A stretch of 58,316 bases of DNA, filler included, from Fonticula-like sp. SCN 57-25 (taxonomy: Eukaryota), in the NCBI GenBank assembly GCA_001724245.1. It is 7 parts of 7 records of this genome, joined end to end, with 100 filler letters (N's around TTAATTAATTAA, not from the genome) between each part and the next. Parts side by side here need not be neighbours in the genome. Positions count along the whole stretch, not along the records: positions 10,601 to 18,337 come from MEDX01000343.1; positions 18,438 to 26,590 come from MEDX01000344.1; 5 more parts are not named here. One strand, given 5' to 3'. Position 1 is the stretch's first letter. The number at the start of each line of letters is the position of its first letter. The notes under the pieces were generated by a model. That model ran no database searches, was not told the origin of the DNA, and saw only the letters and a program-made list of their open reading frames with translations. A program made the translations under genes and the position numbers. Below are positions 12,459-24,007 of this stretch, piece after piece.

Positions 12459-12560
12459 GTCGACGAGGCAGCAGAAACACTACGTACTCTCGGCACGCCC
12501 GCCGCTACTTATCACCACTCGATCACACTCACTTGCCCCGCAATTGCCTGGATGACCCTG

Positions 12561-12620
12561 ATTGGCTGATTATTCCAAAAATATTCAGGATCACGTGACT
12601 CTTGGTCACGTGAGTTTATA
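12561..12620. promoter_or_regulatory. CCAAT box and two extended E-boxes (TCACGTGA) in a divergent promoter
   Basis: ATTGG at 12561-12565, TCACGTGA at 12591-12598 and 12606-12613, TTTATA at 12615-12620, between ATGs at 12458 (-) and 12698 (+). Confidence 0.5.
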
Positions 12621-12697
12621 GTCAACTTTTGTCTTTCCTTTCCCCTTGACGTGTTTTTCCAGCCCTTGATTGCGGCCGACGTGAGATTTTACACACC

Positions 12698-14239
12698 ATG
12701 AGCTCAGAGGATGCGCCCGAGATCGTTGTGGACGCCTCTCCGGAGGCCGACGGAGACAGCGCCGTCCCCGCGGTGAAGGTCGAAGATGCGGCAGAGGGAT
12801 CGCGGCCCACCACCCCGACTCCCCCGTCGCCCAGCGCATCGCCCAACAAGTGTACGGAAGAAACCTATCAGCAATGAATGCTGTCTTTTTCGTTCAGTAT
12901 CGTTGATCATTGTGCGTGGTGTGTGATGGCCGTGTTGTGGGGATCTTGTTGAGGCGTCAACAGTTGCTTTCATCGCGCGTCAAAGGCGACCACTGTTGTG
13001 GTTGTTGTGGTTGACCAATGGCCGCGTGTATGTGGCATTGGGCTTCCCCTATTGACAGCACGGGATTCTTCGTCTATTGTCATATTGTATATTATTGTGC
13101 TGGTATATTATTAGAATATGCCGTATTGGCAATCTGATTTTTTGTCACCTAGATCCGTCTAGTTGCTAACGAGCCCCATAGCGCGCATTGCGCAGTTCGA
13201 GTCTGACAAGGCGCAGTCGAGCGCCCAGAAGGCTCGCGAGAAGGAGCTTGCGCTTAAGCAGCAGGAGGAGGAGGCCTTCCAGCGTCAGGAGCAGGCGCGC
13301 AAGAAGATGGAGGACGACGAGAAGCGGCGACTGGAGGAGAAGGCCGAGAAGGAGAAGGAGGCCGAGCGCCAGCGTCTTGAGCAGCTCGACCAGCAGAAGG
13401 ACCGCCTGGCGCGGTTCGAGCAGGAGAAGGAGGAGGAGCGCAAGAAGCAGGAGCAGGAGCAGGAGCGCAAGCGCAAGGAGGCCGAGGAGGCTGGTGCGTA
13501 TAGATGATATAGTTGACATGGGAATGCTAACTTGTTTTTTGTTTTGTTTTGTCCATCAGCGTTTGAGAAGCAGCGCATTGCCAAGCAAAAGCTGCTTGAC
13601 GAGGAGCGCGCCCGCGAAGAGGAGGCTCGCCGCGAGGCCAAGCAGGCCGAGGCGAAGCGCGCTGCCACGCTGAGCAAGCAGGCCGGCGCGCTCGCCAAGT
13701 TTGAGGAGGAGCAGCGCATCAAGCGCATGTCGCCGTCCGAACGCGAGGCGTACCTGAACGAAAAGGCCGAGGCCGAGCGCAAGATCGAGGAGGAGCGCCG
13801 CCGCGTTGAGGAGGAGGAGCGCCGCAAGAAGGAGGAGGAGGAGCGCAAGATTAGGGAGGAGGAGGAGCGCGTCAAGAGGGAGCAGGAGGAGCGCGAGGCC
13901 GCCGTCCGCCGCGAGGCTGAGGAGCGCGAGGCCGAGGAGAAGCGCAAGGCCGACAAGGAGCGCGCCGACGCAGACGCCGCCGCCGCTGCCGAAGCGTCCA
14001 AAAAGGAGAAGAAGAAGAAGAAGAAGGAAAAGACCGCCGCCGCTGCCGACGCTCCTGCCGACGCGACCGCCGACGCCTCTGCCTCTTCGACGGTCGCCGA
14101 CTCGGCCGCTGCCGGTGATGCGCCTGCTGCTGCTTCTACGAGTGCCGATGGCGAGGCGGCCAAGCCGGACTCGCCCGCGACCGAGAAGAGCAAGAAGAAG
14201 GTTAAGGTGCCCGGTGGCGGAAAGTGCGTCGTGCAGTAA
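12698..14239 (+). CDS. E/K/R-rich helical (SAH/coiled-coil) protein with a polybasic tract and C-terminal CAAX motif
   Basis: ATG at 12698 (MSSEDAPEIVV); introns at about 12852-13181 and 13494-13559; EEERRKKEEEERK repeats; ends KKKVKVPGGGKCVVQ*. Confidence 0.8.
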
Positions 14240-14693
14240 GCGGGCGCGCGTTTGCCGCCGCTGCTCGTCCGTGCAAGGCGCGGGTCGTGTCGAGGCGCAG
14301 GGAAGAGTGCAGAGTGTTTTTTTCTGCATCGTATCATAATTCATGAGTGTTTGGCTGTATTGTTCGATTTATCTGTGATTCCTTTATTTCTGTAGTGTTG
14401 CTCCTCTCATATCATTTTTTCATCATTGTGCCCTTTCGACAAAGCATGTAATGTATGATGATCGCTGTCGAGTACAAGGCACATATCCAGTCCAGAAGAG
14501 GCCCTCATACGGCATACCATGCCTTTCCTGATATTCACGCGTATCATGTATATATTGCTCGTCACTTTCCTTGAACCATTTCATGATTATGCGCTTGCTA
14601 CTGCCGCATGCAAAGATCCATTGATCTCCGCTCGCCGCGCACTTGTCGATCCAAAATAGTGGAATCTGCCCTGGATTCCGGGGTGTCTCGATC

Positions 14694-17600
14694 ATGGCGG
14701 CGCCTGTCATGGATATGGCGGCGGCCCTGCGCGATTTCGAGCAGGCGAGCGCCGATTTCCAGGTTCCTTCTCGGCGTCAGGAGGCCGAGAAGGTATTAAT
14801 GAGCTACCGTAGTCTTCCCTCGTTTCTTTCCCTTGGCCGCTACATCCTGGACCACTCCAACGACGCCATGGTTCAGTTCCACGCGGCATCGACCCTGAGC
14901 GAGGTGGTTGTCCGCGAATCGTCGCAGTACAGCGTCGAGGAGGTGTCGGGCCTGCGCGACTACCTTGTTTTGTTTATGGCGCAGCGCGCGGCTCTGCTGC
15001 GCCCTTTTGTGCGCGACCAGCTTCTTTTGTCGGTAGCGTTGATCGTCAAGATGCAGTGGGCGACGATGGGGCCCGCTGCCGTGGAGGTTGTGCACAAGCA
15101 AGCGGCGGAGCTCCTTGCAGATTCTGACATCCCGCGCAAGTCGCTTGCACTTGCCGTGCTGCATTCCGTCATTTCTCAGTTTTCGACGCACAAGGCGACG
15201 GCCATCGGGCTCACCTTTGAGGTGCACTACCGGTGTCGCAAGTCGTTCGAGTCGGCCGAGCTCGGCCGCACGTTCATGATGGTCATGCAGCAGCTGCGGG
15301 ATCATGCGCAGATGGGACCCGCCGCCATGGCGACGCCAGAGCTGCGTGAGCTGCTCCTGATGACGGTGCGCGTGGCGGAGACGATTCTCTACTGGGACTT
15401 TACCAGCATCAACGCGAGCAACATGTCAAACTACTTTCAGTCGCCCGACGCCGACGCCCAGACGCAGCCGGCCAACGTTCTCTTTGCGCCCCCCGCAGAA
15501 TGGCGCGATGTGTTGCTTAGCCCAGGCATGCTCCAGGTCTTTTTCACGGTACGTTTTTTTTTTGCGCTGAATTTCCTTCTCACACCCGACCAGCTTCACC
15601 AGCTGTCAATGTCGCACGGCGACCGCCTCGGTCACAGCATCCGTCAGTCGCTTATTCAGCTCGCTGGCCTGCACGGCAGCGGCCAGGCGGCGATTCAGTT
15701 CTGCCACGTGTTCTTCCAGCAGCTGCACGTTGTTCTTTCGCATGTGTCTACCGCGAGCGACGTCGGCAATGAGGTACTCGCCGTGTGCCAGATGCTGCGC
15801 CGGCTGCTGTGCAACTACTCGCTCGAGCTGCTTTCCTCTGTTCCCGGCATTGTCGACGTGTTTGAGATGACGCTGCAAGTGACGCTGCAGTGCCTGCGCG
15901 GCATGGCGCAGTCTGACGAGGACCGGTGGTTTGAGGACGCTTTTACAGAGACGCTGCACATCTGGACGCACTGCGTAAGCGACGTGGTCGAGTTCCGCGG
16001 CAATTCGCGCCGCCGGACCGTCACGCCCGAGACTCTTGCCCTGCACGAGGCGATTGTGGAGCGCTCGCAGCGCATGTTTGAGGCGTACCTGATGCTGCGC
16101 CTGAGCAGCGAGACGGTGAACCACGACGAGGAGATTGAAGAGGACCGCGACCTGTTTGAGGAGCAGCTCACGAGCGTCGCCGCCCTCGGCCGCGCGTCGC
16201 CGTCACACGCCATCTCGCTGCTGCTTCACATGCTGCGAGTGATCACCGAGGAAATGTCGGCCGAGATTTCGCGCCCGTCGCTCCCGCCGGCGCGCCTGGA
16301 GCTGCTCCACGAGCGCACACACTGGCTCTTTATCGTGCTCGGGCACCTGTTGGCCGACAGCGGCGAGGGCGAGCTGCCCATGGTCCCGTCGTCCGTCATG
16401 CAGCTGTCGGTGCAGTTTGAGGGGCGGCCGCAGGAAGACCCGGTCCTCATCGTGATCGAGGGGATGTTCCGCCTCGTCGACCTCGTCGCCGTGCCGGCAA
16501 ACTCGCCCGCGCTCGCCAACATGAGCCCGCTCGTGATCGAGTCGTCGCTGTGGCTGCTCGACCGCTGGTGCCGCAGCTACCTCTTTTTCAATCAGCAAGA
16601 CCACCCGCGGCCGTCCGTCAACCTTAGTGGCACGTACGGGTCGGCCGGTACGAGCACCGCCATGGTGGTCAACTTTGTTCTCGACAAGATCATTTACCAT
16701 CTGACTACGTGGACGTCGAACGGGCCGACGGTCGCGGTCGTCAACCAGCTGCTCGGCACGCTCGGGACGCGCAGGCGAGAGATGCGCCGCGCAGTCATCG
16801 CTTCAGGTACGAATTTTTGTTCTTCTTTGTGTTTTTTCATCTCTAATCTTGCGGCTGTAGACCGGTGGCCGACGCTGTTTGAGCAGGCGTGGCGCGTCGT
16901 ACACGCGGTCCCGAGCGAGCAACAGGCGGACCTCGTCGTCAAGCTTTGCAACATTTCGTTCCACTCGGAAGCGCCGCGCAGCTACTACGACGCGACCTTT
17001 TACCAGGTCATGCAGCGCCTGGACGACGCGTTCTCCAAGGCGCAGACGACGGCGGCCGAGGAGCCGTACCTTGCCGCTCACGTAGCGCACGCGCTCGAGC
17101 TCCTGCGCGGCGTGTCCATGTCGAGCAACCAGGACTCGAGCGCCGACGTGTTCAACCTGGCGGCGCCGCGCTTCCCGGCGATCGTGGGGCTGTTGCGGAT
17201 ATTCCAGGGGCAGCACGAGGTCACGACGGGCGTCCTCAGCTTCTTTTCGACGTACGCCGAGCACCAGGTCAGCTTCATCTCCAACGCAAACTGCAATGCC
17301 GTCTACGGCGCGGTGCTCGAGCTGCTCAAGGCGTACTCGCAGTACAACCTCGGCAAGCTCTCCAGTGCCGACTCGCGCGCGGAGGAGGAGGCGCACAGCG
17401 ACCTTACAATGCTGCTCGCGCTCCTCAAGAACCTAATGTCGCGCGACTTTTTGGACTTTAGCCAGGACGGCCCGGGCGAGGTGCTGCTCCACCGCGAGGA
17501 GACCACCGACGTCTCTCAAATCATCTTTTGTGGGCTCGGACTCGTCGTGCCGCTCGTCACAAGGCAGCTGCTAAAGATCCCTGAGCTGTCGGAGGTCTAC

Positions 17601-18179
17601 TTTGGCCTCATCAACGTGCTCTTTGAGGTGTACCCGGAAAAGGTCGTGCTCCTCCCGGAGGACCTCTTTGCAAGCCTCAGTCGCACAATCGAGTTTGGCA
17701 TTGAACAGTACGCGGAACCAGCGCGTTAAAGTGACTTTCTATGCTCACACCTTTGTAGCTATATTACAAGCGCGGCGCGCTACGCGTACGATGCCCTGTT
17801 TGGGCTGGCCAAGTACACGTGCACGGTGCGCGACCAGCGCGGCCCGCACGAGCTGTCCAACCTCAATGGCATCCTGGACAGCTTCCTGGCCAAGCAGCTG
17901 AACCGCCTCCTTTTCCACGATTTTGACTCTACGCTGCTTGACACTGCCACCGAGACGCTCTACGCCACCCTGTGCGCGCAGAAGGAGTCGCGGAATATGG
18001 TCCTGCAGCAGCTGGTGGCGCACTATAACGGCCAGCCGCACGTGCAAGAGCGGCTGGCCGCGGCGTGCGTGGCTCTCGTGCCTAATAACATGGTGATGAC
18101 GAGGCAGGGGATGCGCCCCTTCAAGGAGAACCTCGAGCGGTTCCTCCTCGACATGCGCGGCGTCCTCCGGTCGCGCTGA
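14694..18179 (+). CDS. XPO4: Exportin-4 (importin-beta family)
   Basis: About 1100-aa HEAT-like protein with RQEAEKVL, HYRCRKSFE, EEDRDLFEEQLTSVAALGR, LMSRDFLDFS and LLKIPELSEVYF. Short introns near 15549, 16807 and 17709. Confidence 0.85.
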
Positions 18180-18245
18180 TTTGTATGCATTGATCCCAAT
18201 ACATTATGTTTATCTTGTCTTTTCAGCACGCTATTTTCAGCCTAT

Positions 18246-18331
18246 CTCGCGATAGCTCAGTTGGTAGAGCGGCAGACTGTAGTGGTTCTTCTGACATCTG
18301 TAGGTCGCTGGTTCGAATCCGGCTCGTGAGA
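18246..18331 (+). tRNA. tRNA-Tyr(GTA) with a 13-nt intron (18283-18295)
   Basis: Acceptor CTCGCGA/TCGTGAG, D arm TAGCTCAGTTGGTAGAGC, anticodon GTA at 18279-18281, intron after position 37, T loop GGTTCGAATCC. Mature length 73 nt. Confidence 0.97.
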
Positions 18332-18437
18332 TTTCTTNNNNNNNNNNNNNNNNNNNNNNNNNNNNNNNNNNNNNNNNNNNNTTAATTAATTAANNNNNNN
18401 NNNNNNNNNNNNNNNNNNNNNNNNNNNNNNNNNNNNN

Positions 18438-21125
18438 ACACTGTCTTGATATTTTAATGGTGGTAGCGAGCGCAGCTTGGAGAGCTTGTCGGGGCTGCTG
18501 AACGACCGCCTGATTGCCTCGGCAAGCGACTGCGCATCCTGCGCCGCAAATATAAAGGCATTCTCTTCGGAAAAATGTTCTCGAAATGCCGGGATATCTG
18601 ATATAATAAGAGGTGTCTTGAGGCTTGCGAGCTCGTGCGGGACGAGTCCAAACGTCTCAAAGGAGCTCGCGACAATGGCCGCGTGCACATTGCTCAAGCG
18701 CTGCGTCAGCTCGCCCCTGCCAATCTCGTGGACAAACACAAAGCGGCCCGCCAGCTCGTCCGGGATGATGGCGAGGAGATGCTCCTTGACCGGCTGCGGC
18801 GCGTCGTACGGCCCGCTCGACTCGGCGCCGATAAATTTGATGCGCATTTTCTCGCGCCACGGCTCATCCTCCACCTCCTCTTCCATGAGGGCGANTACAC
18901 GAGGAGCGTCGGGATCCGGTCCAGGTCCTGGCCGTGCGTGAGCGGCGCCTGCTCTGCCTCGAGATGCTCGACGATCGGCGCCATTGGCGGCGGCGACACG
19001 AGCAGGCGCTCGCTGCTGATGTGGTAGACACACTGGTAGAGACGCGCGATGGCGGGCGACGGGACGCGCACAGCGTGTGCGCACTGCAGCACGTAGCGCT
19101 CCATGAGATGCACGAGCTGGTCGCTGTAGCCCGGCACAAGTGCAGCCTGCTCCGTGTGCTGCGCGAGCTCGTAGGTGCCGTGGGCACGCACGATGATGCG
19201 CGTGCGCGGGTCGAGGTACGCCGCGCGGTGACGCAGCAGCTCGTACCCAACGCCTGCAAAGTCAAACAACTCTACGACGTCGATGGGCGTTTCCTTGTTG
19301 ACGTTGCCGATGGCGGCAGCAAACTGGCGGCTGCGAAGTACGTGGCTCGAGTCGGACGCAGTGACGGTGGCGTGTGTGGCGGTCACGCGCACATTCGAAA
19401 TGAAGAGGCGCGCGTACGCGTCCGGGGGCAGGGCCGCGTTCATGGCGGCGCGCCACGCGTCCAGCTTCATGCTCTCGGTGTGCGCCACGACGTGCACGCG
19501 CAGCTTGTCGCACCGCACAATGAGGCTGCGCACAAGCTCAGAGATGACCTGGCCCGCCCCGCTCGATGACGAGCTGCCCAGCTCGGACGCCGCAAAGACG
19601 TGCAGGCCGGTCAGCGTGCAGCGCTCTACCGGCGGCACCTTGGCGACGGCGGAAAAGACCGGCGGCGACGTCGGCGGTCCGGTCAGTGTCAGGTTGGACG
19701 GGAGGCGGTAGAGGAACGAGCGGTTCTCGGCGCTCAGCAGCGAGCTGTACGCCTTGGGCGTCTCCTGCGCAAGGCTCCTGCTGAGGCGCTCGACGTTTGG
19801 CCTGAGCTTTGGCAAGGCGCGCAGGCGGGCGGCAAACTTGTCCGCCTTGATGGTCGCGTTGACGTTGCCACCGGCGGACGGCCACATGTCCTCGCCCAAG
19901 CTGAGCTCCTGCAGCAGCTGCTTGTCGGACGCGTAGAGCTTGCGCGCGAGCCGCTCCGGGAGCAGGCACGGGATGCCGCTTGCAATCGCCAGGGAAGCGA
20001 CGACGGGCGAGGAGACCACCGCGATGCTGCTCTCGGCCAGCAGCGGGCGGAGCAGCGGGTCCACCGAGGTGTCCTCCTGCACGATGCTCGAGGACGTAGG
20101 AAAGTCGTGCAGGACCATTTTCGCGCGGCAGTTCTGCAGCATCTCGGACTGAGTAAAGGACGCCGCATGGATGACGTCGAGGTTCGTGAGGCTGGCGCAG
20201 AGCGCGAGGAGGAGCGATGTTGCACCGTCGTCCTGGTGAAAGTTGGCGACGATGGTCACGACCAATCGCGTCGAGTTTCCTTTCTCGCTGACGGCCGCCC
20301 CGCAGCGCTCCAGGGGCACGAGCGGGATGGCTGACGCGGCGAACGGCAAATGCTGCCAAAGCCGTGGCTTGTCGGCCAGCCTGGCCAGCACATCCGCGCC
20401 TGCCGGGTCTACGTGGGCGGCCTCGGGAAACGTGGGGTCAACAAAGGCGAGGCGGTCAACAACGCCTATCGTACACGTTAGAAATGCGCTGCAGCGCGAA
20501 TTTGGGGCGTACCTGAGAGAACAGCGGCTGTGGCCGAGTGGAACGAAAACGGCGTCAGTTGCCACCGCCATGCGGGGGCGTAGTGAACGAGGTGCGTTCG
20601 GACCTTGGCGAGCGCTGGTCGGTGCGGGACGGCAGCGGACAGCGCATTCCACCCGTGAAACTGGCTGTGGAAAATGACCGCTGCAAGATTCGGTCCAAAG
20701 GACTCTAGCGTGTTGAGGATGCGCTCGAGATGCTCCGGGGACATTACCGCATGGAGCTCCAGCACGACATCGCGATGGGCGACGGTACCGTTGCCTTGAT
20801 CACTCCCCTGGCTAGCCATCCAGAGCGCATGCTGACAATGCAGCACGGTGTCCAACTGGCAGAAATGCACCCGCTCGACGTCTCGTAGCAAGGGAAGATC
20901 AGCCTCGGACGTTGTTGGTGATCGTTGTGCGATCCCCCCAAACGTTAGCATGGCCAGCTCGACCGTCTCCTGTTTCCTACCCTCCTGCCCCTCGTCTACT
21001 CGTACATATGGTCTCCGCCAAAAAACCCCAGTCGAAACGAAATTTAAAACTAATAATAAAACAAAAAGAACTGCTAAACGCTCCAGCAGCCGCCGCGAGC
21101 CCACGCGAGTGCCTATACACCGCAT
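18438..21125 (-). CDS. Large type II membrane glycosyltransferase with a C-terminal GT-B (GT4-like) domain; 3' end truncated, frame broken at a single N (18894)
   Basis: N-terminal TM (LAVLFVLLLVLNFV); intron at 20466-20512 joins two ORFs; DVVELFDFAGVGY, IVRAHGTYE, MERYVLQCAHAVRVPS, and the GT4 donor-binding motif SSFETFGLVPHELASLKTPLIISDIPAFRE. Confidence 0.8.
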
Positions 21126-21498
21126 CCCAACCATTGACAGGTTGACGACGGGCCGCTGAAGAGACGCCCCCCAGATTGGCAGGTTGAACGTCACCCCAGA
21201 TTCACCCCGGACTTTTGCGAGATCGGGTTGCTCGGTGACAGGCGGCCACTTCCTGCCTCGTGCGCTACTTTGCTGCCGCGGAACGAGTGAGCAAGCACAG
21301 TCGTCTTCTATGCGACGACGCGGTGCGTTTGCCGGAATGGAACGATATTTCATATTTACGCCAGGCTGCCCTTCTTCTATCTGCTCTGCCACTGACTCTA
21401 CAATGAACGGCACCTCTTGTAATAAGGCCACACCGTCCCATGCATTCAGATATAAAACGTGTATTGATTTAGATTGATACAATGAGCGTGGAGAAGCG

Positions 21499-22192
21499 TT
21501 ACACAGCAAACTTTTGCGTCCATTCGCGAGCTAAAACCTGGTCAGCAAAAGCAAAAACACGAGAACATGCAGACGTACCGGTGCGAAGCGCCGTCGCCTC
21601 GTCCTCCTTCCAGTGCGAGGCAACGTCGTTGGCCAGCGGGTCGTCGGGATTTGGCGCCGACAGAAGCGCCTGGATAGAGAGCAAAACTGTGCGGATTTGC
21701 AGCGCGGGGCTCCACTTGTCTATTGGCAAACGTCGTGAGCAAGGCAAACAAAAAAGAAAGAAAGAGCAAAAATGAATACCTTTGAGAATGTCAAGGCAAA
21801 TGCGGCCGAGCTTGTCGATGTTGGGGTGGTAGATCTTGGTCAAAAAGCAAACCTTCGGGGGCGCCATCGGGTAGTCCTCGGGCAAAAAGAGCTCGAGCTT
21901 GAAGACACCGCCTGATGGAGACGCACAAAGAATTTAACAAAATATGTAAAGAGAAAGATGCTGCCTCGTACCTTCAAAGGGGCTCTGAGCGGGACCTGAC
22001 ATAACTACACTAAAGTACCGAAGATTGTCCTCATGCGGGGTCGCCGTGATGCCCGGCGGCGCATCGTTCGTCAATCTCTCGGTCTCCTGCATCGGGCAAG
22101 GTTAACACACGCTGCAATAATAGGGCAATAAAGAGAAAAGGGAGCGCCCCGCGCACCTTCAAAATACGCTTGGGGGTCACCATAGCCGCCAT
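21499..22192 (-). CDS. UBC13: Ubiquitin-conjugating enzyme E2 N (Ubc13), 5 exons
   Basis: [93 protein letters not shown]. Confidence 0.97.
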
Positions 22193-22305
22193 CGTTGCGA
22201 TCTGTTTCTGCCTCGCACCGCGGTTGGGGGGTGCTGGCTAAGCAAGGGCGCGATGGATTATGATTGGCACTGCCAGTGCTGACGTAAGCAAGGCGGCACC
22301 TGAAG

Positions 22306-23927
22306 ATGATTCTGGACGACGCGCGGCTGCTTGACGCGCGGCAGTGGCTGTATGTAGGCGAAGGCGCGGCCAATATCGTCGTGTGCTACGTCGGCCCCAT
22401 TCCGGAATATGTGCGGGAGCGGATGTCTGGCGGGCGGCACTAACCTCTGATCGCAGCGGTTTCACATGTTGAGGATAGCCAAGAATGCGGACCTTCGGCC
22501 ACACAGGCTCGGCTCCTACAGGCAGCACGCAATTGCCCCATACATTCCCAGTAGGCACCTCGCCGATATGGTACGCTGCCCCGTTTTAGCTTTCTATTGC
22601 TAATGCCACGGGCTCTGCGATAGGTTGTTGTCCGCCTGACCGACCAGTTCCTCTACGACGTCGGCGAATCGATCGACGCGCACCGCCCTGCCCACCGCCG
22701 AAGCACGTCAGGGATCGACCGCACGCAAGAGTATGGCCTCTTGTTCCTGGACTATGCGACGCTACCTCACCCCCGGGATCCCGCTCTCCTCTTGGGCGGC
22801 CCCATCATCTCGGTCGAGCTCAAGCCAAAGTGGGGCTTTCTGCCGTCGAGTCAGCATATCCCGCCGAGCAAGGCCATCAAGCGGAGCGTATGTCGCTTTT
22901 GCATGCACCAAAAGTACAAGGTGGCGCATGGGCAGCTTCAGGCGCTCAGCGCATACTGTCCAATGGACCTCTACTCGACCGATCCGCAGCGTGTCCGGCG
23001 AGGTACGTTTGGTGCCGAGAAATTCTCGTCCGCTGACATTCCTGCAGCATTGCGTGCGCTACTAGACTGCCCCCACAGCTATTTCCGCGTGCTGTTCAAT
23101 GGGACGCTCGTCGACCCGGCGGCGATGTCGGACGTGCTCGTGCGTGCCTTGGGCCGCGGCGAGGGCGTTGACGGTGCGATCGACGCCCTCGCCAATCTCT
23201 TGGTAGCGGATGGCTTTCTGCTCGCCCTCGCCAATGCGCAGCGTGTACTGGGTACGGAATGCCTTGTCTTATGTTTTTATAAACTAACAGGTGTCTAGAT
23301 GCGCACGATGTGGATGCGATTGCGCCGCTGATTGAGCGGTTTGACCTGTCCGCCGCCGACGTGGACGCCTTTCATGACCAGGGGGCGGAGCACAGCCCGT
23401 ACGCGCGCTGGGCCGACAGCCTTAAAGATGACGCAATTGTCGACCTGGAGAGCGTGTCGAGGGAGCAGGCCATCCACCTCGTTCGGCGGTTCCTCGTGTC
23501 CATGACCCTCAAGGACAGCTCAGTGTTCCTTTCGATGGCCGTCTCGCCGGACGCGCTCGGGGCGCCCGACACGGACCCGGGCGATATCGCCGCCTTGGCG
23601 CTCGAGCGGCGCCATTTGTCGGTGCGCATTCATTTGTTGTTGCTTTCCATTTACTTACCTGCTGGTGCGCTCAGGATAAGGTGAGCATGGTTGATGTGGA
23701 GGTCGGCGGCGGCGAGCGCCTCCCGCTGGCATACAAGTTGGAGCGTACGCGCTTGTGTACTCAATTATAACTATCCGCTAACTGAACTGAACTGAATAGT
23801 TGCGGACATTGACCCCAAGCCGTTCAATCGCTGGCGGCACTGGAAGCGCCTGGATGACGACATTGTCGCCCATTTCATGGAGCACCATCATAGTGAGCAT
23901 CAAGGCAGCTGCTCCAATCGAGTGTAA
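22306..23927 (+). CDS. IPK1: Inositol-pentakisphosphate 2-kinase, multi-exon
   Basis: WLYVGEGAANIV, VELKPKWGF, CRFCMHQ, YCPMDLYS, TLKDSS and DIDPKP motifs in the order found in IPK1/IPPK. Confidence 0.9.
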
Positions 23928-24007
23928 ATTGTTTTGTTACATACTTTTACAGCATAATGTTACAACAAATATGATACAATGAATCAGCAATAAAATGTTT
24001 GGAAAAC

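Noticed and set aside
14423-14710. 95-aa minus-strand ORF between the CAAX gene and XPO4
   Set aside because: Overlaps the XPO4 start and promoter, has no motif and lacks host codon bias; cannot be supported.
18894-18894. Frameshift suggesting a glycosyltransferase pseudogene
   Set aside because: Occurs exactly at an ambiguous base, probably a collapsed scaffold gap.
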